Below, piece after piece: positions 41,415 through 50,696 of a DNA stretch of 64,000 nt (position 1 is the first letter of the stretch; the number at the start of each line of letters is the position of its first letter). The translations under genes and the position numbers were made by a program. The notes under the pieces are model-generated. The model saw only the letters and a program-made list of their open reading frames with translations, was not told where the DNA came from and ran no database searches. This DNA is from an uncultured Acidobacteriota bacterium (GTDB lineage Bacteria; Acidobacteriota; UBA6911): positions 32,001 through 96,000 of the forward strand of contig CAWHCF010000025.1 of assembly GCA_963827655.1 (NCBI GenBank), read 5' to 3'.

Positions 41415-44400
41415 TCAAAAATAAAAGTGCAGCGCGAGCTGCATGATGCGCGAGAGACGCGTCGAGGTCACCTGACCGAACAACGGATTCACCTGGTTGC
41501 CTGCCGTATCAAACCTGGCCGTGGTGTCCAATCCGAAATACTGGGTGTGATTGAACGCATTGTACATCTCGCAGCGGAACTGCAAGGATTGGTGCTCGCT
41601 TCGCCCGAGCGGGATTCTCTTCAAAAAGATCAGATCCCAGTTGTGGATTCCCGGCCGGCGAAACACATCCTTGGGAGCGTTGCCGAACGTTCCGGTAGCC
41701 GGTCTGCCAAAGGCATTGGTGTTGAACCAGCGGTCGAAGCTCGCGCTCGTCCCGCCCGAGAATCGGATTCTGCAGCATCACCACACGGGCGCCATCGCCG
41801 CCGCCCGTGATGTCCGCATTGTCCGTGGTGGTGAAGCCGATGCCCGAAGGGGTGCCGCTTGAAAACGTCGCGATGCCATTGAATTGCCAGTTGTCGAACA
41901 CCGCGCGCACGAACGCATTCGGGACCACTGTGCTCAGCTTCGGCAGATCCCACAGGTAGTTGCCCACCAGCTTGTGGGTCTGGTCAAACGAGAGCTTCCC
42001 GTAGTTCCAGATTCGGTAGTCTTGATACGTGGGAAGCGTCTGCTGGTCCGAATCGGTCAGTCCCATCGACTTCGCCCAGGTGTAGGCCAAGCCGAACTGG
42101 AGGCCGCGCGAGAACTGTCGGTTCACGTATACGTGCAGCCCGTTGTAATTGGAGGTGCCGGAGTATTCCTGGTAAGTAAGGTTGGTGTACCCGGGAAAGG
42201 GCCGGAAGAAATTGTCCGGCAGCGCGATGCTCGGATTCGTAGGATCGGCATTACTTGACTGGAATCGGGCGCCGTAGGGAACGACGTTGAGATTCCGTCT
42301 TTGAACCAGGTGGCGGCCCACGTTTCCAACGTAGGAAACATCCAGCACCGTGTTGAAGCCGAGCTCCTGCTGAATGCCGAAGCTGTAGTTATACACGCCC
42401 GGAGTGACTGGGTTCACTTCGTTCGCAAACACCGAGCTCGGGAACAGAACCCCCTGGGCGCTCAGGAACGTCTCCATGTTGTTGTAGAAAATGTTCGGGC
42501 TGAACGAGCGAGGAGGCTGCTGGGTCACCTGATTCATGATTTCATCGGACAGCATGGCCTGTTTGGTGATGCCGAAGCCCGCGCGAACCGCGGTCTTGCC
42601 GTTGCCGAACAGGTCCAGGGCGAAGCCGATTCGGGGCGCAATCTGGATTGCTTCCTGTTCGACGAAGCCGTCGGGAACCGACGGATCGTTCGCCAGCACC
42701 ATGCCGTTAGACGGGTCGCCGGTTCCGGGTACAAAAGCGCCGATAAACACGGCTGGAGCGAACTCACCTGTGGCCGGATTCTGGGCCACGCGGACCCCAC
42801 TGCCATCTCTCGCAGGCCGATAGAAAAGAGGGGCGCGCGCCGGATCGTAGCGGTCGAGAAGCAGGATAGAGCCTTCCCGCTCCGGCTCGCGCAGCAGCCA
42901 CGGGCTGTAGCGCGAGAAGCGGAGTCCCGCGTTTATCGTCAACCTGCGAGTGGCCTTCCACGTGTCCTGGGCGAACCACTCCAGGAGGTCGCCGACGCCC
43001 CATCCGCGGACTCTCAGGGTCGGCTCGACATACGATCGGAAGTTGCCGGTCAGCGCATTGGAGAAGGCCCAGTTGGTATCGAGCGGGTTGTTGGGATCGC
43101 GGGCAAAGTCGAAGTTGCCGGAGAGATTGTTGGCGCGCGGGCCCTCGCTGACCCAGTTCCGCTCATAGTACACACCGAACTTGAGGGAGTGACTCCCGCG
43201 GATCCAACTGAAGTTGTTTACGATATCCAGTCTTTGATCGCCGGCGTCGATGGGAATGCGGGCGTCGAACGCAATGTTCACCGGGTTGGGGACTCCGCCG
43301 AAGGAAGCCGCGGGAATGAAGTTCGACGGATTCACTTCCGGGTTGAACTGGCCGAGCGTCATGCCGTTGGCGGACCGGATCAGCGGCTCGAAGCCAGCCG
43401 GGCTCTGATATCCACCATGGCCGCGCTCACCCAGGTCCCGGAACCCGATGCTGAATTCGTTTACCGTGCTCGGGCCGATCACGCGGGTCCAGCCCACCTT
43501 GACGCTGTCTTCCGTGAACAGGTAATGGTGCCGGAACTGCGGCCAGTTGGAGTTCACCGCCGCCATGCCGGCCGAGGAGCGACCATCCGACCAGTAGTTC
43601 CTGCCGCGAATCGTGATGGTGTCTTTCGGCGCGGGCATGAAATCCAATTTGAGCAGGTTGGTATTCTTGGGTTTGTCGCGGATCTCCTGAAACTGGTAAT
43701 TGTAAGCCCCACCGGTAACACTCCGATCCGTGACGTTGGGCATCGGGAAAACATTCAGCAGCGCCTGACCGTTCCGGCTGATACGGCTCTGGGGAATCAC
43801 ATTGCCGGGGAAGGCCGATCCTGTCACCGGATCCCTGATGATGATCAGCCTGTTGTTCTGGTCGAGGGTCTGGGAGAAGTCCCCCTGGCGCTCCAGAGCC
43901 GTCGGCGTCGTTAACCGGCCAATGTTCAGAGGCTCTTTGACACGCCAGTCTTCCCGGGAATAGAAGAAGAACGCCTTCGACTTGCTGACGTTCCATTTGC
44001 CCGGGATGTAGATGGGACCCCCAATGGTTCCGCCCAGGGTGTCGTAACGGAAAGGGGGCTTGGGCAGACCATCTCTGTTGTTAAAAAAACCGTTCGCGTT
44101 GAATTGCTCGTGGCGCTTGTACCAGTACAGGCTGCCGTGAAACTCGCTCGATCCCGATTTCGAAACCATGTTGATCTGCGGCCCGGAGTTGCGGCCGTAT
44201 TCGGCGTTGTAATTGGTGAGCACCACGTTGACCTCGCCGATTGCGTCCACGCTCGTGACCTCGTTGAAGAGCGAGACCAGGTGGGCGTCGCTTCCCATCT
44301 GCCCGTCGAGCGTCACCGTGTTCCAATAGGAACGAGTACCGGAAATGTTAGGCGTAAAGGTTCCATAGAGGCCGCCGAGGTCATTACCCAGCCCGGTGTC

Positions 44401-44946
44401 GGTTTCACCGGCCGGCGCGCCGTCGCGGATTGCGCCTTGCGAGACGCCGGGCAGCAGTTTGACCATGTTCATTACGTCGCGGCCCCTGACAACCGTACGG
44501 TCGAGTTGCAGAGGAGTCAGCCGGGCGCTTGTCTGGACGCTCTCGGTAGAGATCTGTGAAGTGTCCGCTGATACGGTCACGATCTCGGCCGCAGCTCCCA
44601 CCGAGAGCTGAATCTGCCCGACCGAAACCCGCTCATTGGCGGTGAGAACGATCCCGCTCTGCTCGAAGTTGCGGAAGCCGGCGCTGTTCACCTTGAGGGT
44701 GTACGTACCCGGCGGGAGCATCGCAAATACAAAGGTTCCCGACTGGTTTGTCACGCCGGAGCGCGCCGCGCCGATGCCTTCGCGAATAAGCTCCAAAGCA
44801 GCCCCGGCAACCATGGCGCCCGACTGGTCGGTAACCGTCCCGGTGATCTCGCCCGTTATGGTTTGCGCAGGCCCGAGGCCCGGAAAGCACACAGCCCAGA
44901 ACGCTGCCAGAACGAGCACACCCCTCGCATCTCGAAGTGTCCGCAT
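41415..44946 (-). CDS. TonB-dependent receptor (Oar-like), one frameshift (~41755)
   Basis: AGGAGG RBS, signal peptide, CarboxypepD_reg, SVDAIGEV plug motif, C-terminus SRIMQLALHFYF. Confidence 0.9.
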
Positions 44947-45141
44947 AGGATTCCTCCTGGTCGGAATTACATCGGAGTTTCCATTGGGGGACTTGTGATT
45001 GCCGACCAGTATACACCCGATTAAACCGCCAAGACTCAAAGTTCTTCGACTTCGCCAGCAACGCCCCCGTACAACACGTCGATTCGAACGTCCACAAGTG
45101 CAAAGACAGGCTGCATCTTCGCGGTTCGCTGCGGACGAGGT

Positions 45142-46595
45142 CTATCCCGTCGGGCGAGGCGTGGTATCCAACAGTGCGCCGAGCCAGGGCTGTTCGTAGA
45201 CCTGGCGCACCCGGCGACCGAAGGCATTGCTCTGCGGCGCGCCGTGCGGCTTCGACCGCGCGAAGCCGATCTGATAGAGCGTGGCCAGAATGTCGGGGCG
45301 TCCTCGAAGGCCCCAGTCGGGGTTTGTTGCCTCCCACTGGTTCTGATAGAGGGCGAGGATCAGGGCGCACATGGCAAGGTTCGACTGGGCGTCCAGGAGC
45401 GCGTTGGCGACGATATGCCTCTCCGCGGGGACGGGAATCGGAGAGATCACAGAGGTCTGCACCGCGGCTGGCAGGGTCCACTCGTCAGGGACGGGCTCAA
45501 CGTCTCGATACGAGTAGAACGCCGGCCTGGGGAGGTCGTCCGGCTTGTGCCCCGTTGCCAGCACGCTGGCTGTCTGCGCCGTGCGCGGCTTGATCTGTGC
45601 CAGGCCGACCGAGATATCAAGCGAGCGATTGAGCAAAGGATTTTCGTCCGTTCCGAGCTCGTCCATTCGATCGGGCGGTCCGAGCCCGAGATCCCCGCGC
45701 ATATTCTTGCCCCATGCGCTGATGACGAGGCGCTCAAGCGCGCCCCGGAAGGGCGAAAGCTGGTCGCGATGGGTGACGTAGACGATTGAGGCGATCAACC
45801 GCGGGTCGACATCGTAGCGCGCTGCGGCCGCGCGGATGGAATCGCGATGGTCGCTCACCAGCCTCCGCACGGCCGCGTCCGACCGGCGGTGTGCGGCGAA
45901 GGCGAACGTGACGAGCGCCACACCCACCACGCCCGCTACGGCGACGCGCGCCGCGCGGTCCGGCAGGAGGAACAGGCCATGCCGTCCGGACGCCTGTCCC
46001 GAAGGAGTGGATGTCGAAAGAAGGTAGTCCCACAACAGGACAGCAGGAATGAGGTAGAGGGGGCAGAGTCTCAGGACGTTGAGCGCGAACGGAACGGCGA
46101 AGTCTTGTTCCATTCCGTCACGATAAGCAACCAGGCGTCCTTGATGGTATAGATCAGCAGGCACGCGAGCCCGGCCACAAGCAGCGCGCGCACGCCGGCA
46201 CGCAAGGCGCGCGAGCGAGGATCGAGCGCGGCACCGAATACCCTCACGGTCCAGAACAGCGTCAGCAGGATCCACGCGATGGTCGTCAGAGGCGCGAGCC
46301 ACCAGTCGGCGCCGGATCGCAGCGTCGAAAGCGCAGGCTTGAAGATCGCAAGGTAAAGCACGGGGTTGATCAAGCCGAACCCGATCTCCAGCGCAAGCCG
46401 CACCCACCGGCGCATGAATGCCGGCACGGAGGGCCAGGGCTGCCGTCCGCGTGAGTGTGACGCTGCCGTCCAGATCACCGCCGCGAGCAACGCGAGGTTG
46501 ACGAAAAAGACCGACGGAATAAGAAGGAAGGCCATACCGTAGAGGACATATGCCCTGGCGAGCCAGATGCCGGCGAGTTCGATCAGTCCGTCCAT
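45142..46595 (-). CDS. Multi-TM membrane protein with C-terminal lysozyme/SLT-like (DUF1402-like) domain, frameshift ~46090
   Basis: ORF 46071-46595 (TM helices) joins IRAAAARYDVDPRLIASIVYV...SVGLAQIKPRTA. Confidence 0.65.
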
Positions 46596-46610
46596 GCGCG
46601 TTCTCCCGTC

Positions 46611-46695
46611 GCGTTTCTTGGCGTCTTCGTGGCTTCGTGGTCAGCGCTGCCGAACAGAATACCACCAAGACTTAAAGACGCGAAGAAACACCAGG
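46611..46695. repeat. Inverted pair of the 8-bp-periodic repeat
   Basis: Reverse copy at 46611-46641 and forward copy at 46661-46695. Confidence 0.8.
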
Positions 46696-46773
46696 ACATT
46701 CCAAAACGATGTTGCGGGATATTGAGAAATAGCCTGGGGGTGCGGTAGCCTAATCGCCTGTGGAGATCGAACA

Positions 46774-47241
46774 ATGAAAGCCGAAACTAAGACTGAAACC
46801 AACGTCAAGCAAGCCGTGCCGTTTTTCGGAGTGACCAACATCGAAGAGTCCGTCCGCTATTACGTCGACGGCCTCGGCTTCGAGATGACCCATAAATGGA
46901 TAGACGAGGGAAAGCTCCGCTGGTGCTGGCTTCAACACGGGGGCGCGGCCCTGATGCTCCAGGAGATCGCGAAGGAAGGGCCCCATTCCCAAGTGCCGGA
47001 AGGGAAATTGGGCCAGGGCGTATCGATCTGCTTCATCTGCGAGGATGCCCTGGCTATCTACCGCGAGGTGACCTCGCGCGGGATTCAAGCCTCGAGACCC
47101 TTCGTAGGGAACGGGATGTGGGTCACTTCGCTGTCGGATCCCGACGGCTACATCATTGAGTTCGAGAGCTACACGGACGTACCCGAGGACACGGAGTTCT
47201 CGGAGGACAAGGATGCTGAACCGTCAGGGAGACCAGAATGA
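46774..47241 (+). CDS. VOC/glyoxalase (bleomycin-resistance-like) protein
   Basis: VTNIEESVRYYVDGLGF...SDPDGYIIEF. Confidence 0.9.
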   Translation: MKAETKTETNVKQAVPFFGVTNIEESVRYYVDGLGFEMTHKWIDEGKLRWCWLQHGGAALMLQEIAKEGPHSQVPEGKLGQGVSICFICEDALAIYREVTSRGIQASRPFVGNGMWVTSLSDPDGYIIEFESYTDVPEDTEFSEDKDAEPSGRPE

Positions 47242-47624
47242 AAGCCGTATTCAAGACCGCCGTGCCTTACCAGGCAGACGAAATGAACCTGCCAGTGGAG
47301 AATCTGGATGCCGCCATTCCTTTTTACGAAAGGATAATGGGGTTCCAGGTTGTATCACGGAAAGATTCCCCCTGTCAGTCCGCTGTTCTCGGTAGAGATG
47401 GCATTCAGATAGGTCTGGCCGAAAATGGGGGCGACCCATCCCAGGATGGATGCTTCTTCGAAGTTGATAATGCCGAAGCGGCCTTCGCGGAATTGAAGTC
47501 GAATGGCTTGGAAAAAGGGGAGGCCGGCTTCCGAATTGACCGTCACGGAGATACTTCTTACAAAGTTTTCTTTGTCATAGCACCGGACGGGCTTTGTTAC
47601 TGTCTGGGTGAACGGCAGAGTTGA
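47238..47624 (+). CDS. VOC/glyoxalase family protein
   Basis: VENLDAAIPFYERIMGF...APDGLCYCLG; ATGA overlap with the previous gene. Confidence 0.88.
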   Translation: MKAVFKTAVPYQADEMNLPVENLDAAIPFYERIMGFQVVSRKDSPCQSAVLGRDGIQIGLAENGGDPSQDGCFFEVDNAEAAFAELKSNGLEKGEAGFRIDRHGDTSYKVFFVIAPDGLCYCLGERQS

Positions 47625-47641
47625 GAGTCGCTTCGTATGAT

Positions 47642-47676
47642 TCTTATGTTTCTTCGTGTCTTTGAGTCTTAGTGGT
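47642..47676 (-). repeat. 8-bp-periodic repeat copy (reverse)
   Basis: Reverse complement ACCACTAAGACTCAAAGACACGAAGAAACATAAGA. Confidence 0.8.
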
Positions 47677-47694
47677 ATTTGTTAAACAGCTCTG

Positions 47695-49047
47695 TCATTT
47701 CTTCACTCCAGGTCTTGCGCCCTGCTCTACCAGAAACTTCACGACGGTCTCGTACTTCAAGGCCTGGGCAGCGTCGAGTGCCGTGCGGCCGTCGGTGTTG
47801 GCAGCATTGACATCGACGCCAAGTTCCTGCGCCAGTTTCACGGCCTCGAGGGTCAGCGCTTCGCGTTCGCCGGGGGCCGGCTGAACCCATGGCGTTCCGC
47901 CGCCCATTCCGGTCGCAGCCATCAGGGCCGTCGTCACGTCCTTCCGCCGCCCACCACCCTCGCCCGCAGCGTACTCGGCGCGGTGTACGAACAGCGGATC
48001 GGCGCCATGCTTCACCAGGAGGCGCATAACGCCCGGTTGGGTGAAACGCGCGGCCAGCCAGAACGGCGTCGCTCCTACCAGTGCGGGCGGGAAATTGAAG
48101 TCTTTCGAAGAGCGGCGAGTGGGAGTCCAGGTCCGAAGTGGAGCGCTCGGATCCGCGCCGCGCGCGAGAAGAGCGGTTACGGTCTTTTCGTCCCGGCGCA
48201 TGATCGCCTCATGGAGCGCAGTAAAGCCGGCCGCAGCCGCGTTCGGGTCGGCGCCTTTCTCGAGCAGAAACTCGACCAGCTCTCCATAACCGGAGTGAGC
48301 GGCGAGAACCGTGGCGCTGACTCCCCAGGCATCCGCGTCGTTGACGTTGGCGCCGGCAGCCACGAGGAGCCTGGCCGAGGCCAGGTCGCCCACTCGCGCG
48401 GCAAACATCAACGCGGTGTCGCCCCCATGCGGGATCGCGCGGTTGTATTCCGGAAGACCATGGGGAGGTACCGCCATCACCTGGCTCCAGACCTCCGAGC
48501 GGGCATGGATGTCCGCGCCGTGCGCGAGCAGCACCTCTACGACGTCGGGGTGTTTCTGCGCCACCGCCCACATGAGCGCGGTCTGACCGCGCGCGGCGCG
48601 CGCGTTCGCGTTGGCGCCCCTGACAAGCAGCTGTTTGACAACGTCCGGATTGCCCGAGCGACACGCGACCATCAGGGGGGTCTCGCCCAGCAGAAGCGCC
48701 GCATTCGGGTTCGCCCCAGCCTCCAGCAACCTCCGGACCATGGCCGCGCTGCCGTTCAGGCTGGCCGTCCAGAGCGGCGTGGCGCCAAGATCATTGGCCG
48801 CGTTCACCTTGGCGCCGGCGCGAATAAGCAGGTCGGCGCTTTCAACATCATCCCGGTAGCTCGCCCAATGAAGGGCGGTCGCGCCATCCACATCGGCTGC
48901 GTCGACGCCCGCTCCCTGCTTGAGCAGAGCTCGCAAGGCATCGCGGTCGGCGTTCTTGGCCGCCCGAATCAGCGGTGGCAATTCGCGGCCGGCGGCGCCG
49001 ATGAGGAAGACGGCCAGCAGTGGGATCAGGCCGGATGCCCTGCGCAT
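47695..49047 (-). CDS. Exported ankyrin-repeat protein
   Basis: GATALHWA, GETPLMVA and GQTALMWA repeats; AGGAGG RBS. Confidence 0.92.
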   Translation of the reverse strand: MRRASGLIPLLAVFLIGAAGRELPPLIRAAKNADRDALRALLKQGAGVDAADVDGATALHWASYRDDVESADLLIRAGAKVNAANDLGATPLWTASLNGSAAMVRRLLEAGANPNAALLLGETPLMVACRSGNPDVVKQLLVRGANANARAARGQTALMWAVAQKHPDVVEVLLAHGADIHARSEVWSQVMAVPPHGLPEYNRAIPHGGDTALMFAARVGDLASARLLVAAGANVNDADAWGVSATVLAAHSGYGELVEFLLEKGADPNAAAAGFTALHEAIMRRDEKTVTALLARGADPSAPLRTWTPTRRSSKDFNFPPALVGATPFWLAARFTQPGVMRLLVKHGADPLFVHRAEYAAGEGGGRRKDVTTALMAATGMGGGTPWVQPAPGEREALTLEAVKLAQELGVDVNAANTDGRTALDAAQALKYETVVKFLVEQGARPGVKK

Positions 49048-49059
49048 CGTCCCTCCTTA

Positions 49060-49211
49060 GGGCTCGCGCAGAAATAACTTCACATTCTGGCGCGAGAGTC
49101 GGTGGTCAATCATGAACCGGTTTCTGTTCGCTAAGCACGCTGAGGATCGCGCCCCTTCGGGCTGCGGTCCCAGGCCCGCAGCAGAATGCGAACTTATTTC
49201 TGCGCGAACCC
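49060..49211. mobile_element. 152-bp MITE with TIRs GGG(C/T)TCGCGCAGAAATAA and TTA target-site duplication
   Basis: TTA|GGGCTCGCGCAGAAATAA ... TTATTTCTGCGCGAACCC|TTA. Confidence 0.85.
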
Positions 49212-50552
49212 TTACACCCCGGAAAGCGTATCGATCGAGAGCCTGCCGGTGCTGCCGCCGTGCCGTTCGACCGGCACGGCGAGCTTGTCCATCAACGTCA
49301 CCAGCAAATTGGCCATCGAGGGCTTGTCGGAATAGTTCAGATGCCGGCCGCCCTTGAGCCGTCCCGCCCCGCCCCCGATCACCAGCAGCGGCAGGTTGTC
49401 GCCCGAGTGCTTCGTGCTGTTGGAAATGCCCGAGCCGTACAGGATGGTCATGTGATCCAGCAGCGAGCCGTCGCCGTCGTTCGTCGCGCGAAGCTTGGCC
49501 AGGTACTGCGAGAACAACCGGGTGTGATAACAGTTGATCTTCGACATGCGCTCGATCAACTCGGGAATATCGTTGTGATGAGACAGCGGATGGTGCGCCT
49601 CCGGCACGCCGATTTGCGGGTATGGGCGGGCGCTCTGTTCCTTGCCGATCATGAACGAGATGACGCGGGTCAGGTCAGATTGAAGCGCCAGAAGCTGCAA
49701 GTCCAGCATCAGGGCCAGATGGTCTTCGAAAACCGCCGGTACGCCCTGAGGCTGCTCAATCGCCGGCAGCTCGACGTCGCGCTGTTCGTCCGCTTTCTGA
49801 ATGCGCCGTTCGACGTCACGAATCGACTCCGTGTATTCATCGACCTTAACCCGGTCTTGCGGGCCCAGCTCCCTCTTGAGGTTCGCCAACTTTTCCGTCA
49901 CCGAGTCCAGAATGCTTTTCTGCTGCCGTAACCTCTCTTCCCGCGCCGCCCGCTCCGTGCTGCCGCTGTCGCCGAACAGCCTCTCGAATACAGCCCGCGG
50001 GTTGTACTCCATGGGCAACGGCTGGGTCGGGCTGCGCCACGAGATCGTGTGGGTGTAGGCGCAACTCAGGTTGCCCGTGCATGCGCCGGCATTGGCGGGG
50101 GGATCCATAGCCAGCTCGAGCGATGCCACCTGCGTCTCGCTCGCGAATCGCCTCGCGAGCAGCTGGTCGATCGACACGTCCGCGATGATCTCCACTTCGT
50201 TTCGTCCGCCGCGCGTCGTGCCCGTCAGAAATGACCCCGAGGCGCCCGCGTGAATGTAGTTCCAGCTCGCGCGGATGCCCGACAGCACCAGCATCTGGTT
50301 CCGGAACGGCGCCAATGGCTCCAGAATGGGTGAGAGTTGGAAGTCGCTCCCCTCACCCTTGGGCGACCAATACTCCATGGCCATTCCGTTCGGCACATAG
50401 AACGTCTGGAACCGGTGCGCCGGCTTCGCGGCGGCCTGCCCCTTGCGCGAGATCGCGGGAAGCATCGCCTCCAGCAATGGCAGCGCCATGGTTGCGCCCA
50501 GTCCCCGCAGGACGGTCCGCCGCGGCAGCGATTTTGCGGTCAGGAAATTCAT
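49212..50552 (-). CDS. DUF1552 domain protein
   Basis: LPRRTVLRGLG, FYVPNG, SLELAMD, SCAYTHTISW, HHPLSHH, LLDHMTILYGSG. Confidence 0.92.
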   Translation of the reverse strand: MNFLTAKSLPRRTVLRGLGATMALPLLEAMLPAISRKGQAAAKPAHRFQTFYVPNGMAMEYWSPKGEGSDFQLSPILEPLAPFRNQMLVLSGIRASWNYIHAGASGSFLTGTTRGGRNEVEIIADVSIDQLLARRFASETQVASLELAMDPPANAGACTGNLSCAYTHTISWRSPTQPLPMEYNPRAVFERLFGDSGSTERAAREERLRQQKSILDSVTEKLANLKRELGPQDRVKVDEYTESIRDVERRIQKADEQRDVELPAIEQPQGVPAVFEDHLALMLDLQLLALQSDLTRVISFMIGKEQSARPYPQIGVPEAHHPLSHHNDIPELIERMSKINCYHTRLFSQYLAKLRATNDGDGSLLDHMTILYGSGISNSTKHSGDNLPLLVIGGGAGRLKGGRHLNYSDKPSMANLLVTLMDKLAVPVERHGGSTGRLSIDTLSGV

Positions 50553-50560
50553 GTCGGTCT

Positions 50561-50696
50561 CCAAGGCTCGCGCAGAAATAACTTCAGATTCAGGCGCGAG
50601 AGCCGGTGATCAATTGTTGACCGTGTTCACTGTTACCTCCGCAGCCTGGCAACCTCAGTATCGCGAATGCGAACCTATTTCTGGGCGATCCCTTGG
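50561..50696. mobile_element. Second, more degenerate copy of the same MITE
   Basis: GGCTCGCGCAGAAATAACTTCAGATTCAGGCGCGAGAGCCGGTGATCAAT is near-identical to 49061-49110; right end CTATTTCTGGGCGATCCC. Confidence 0.8.
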
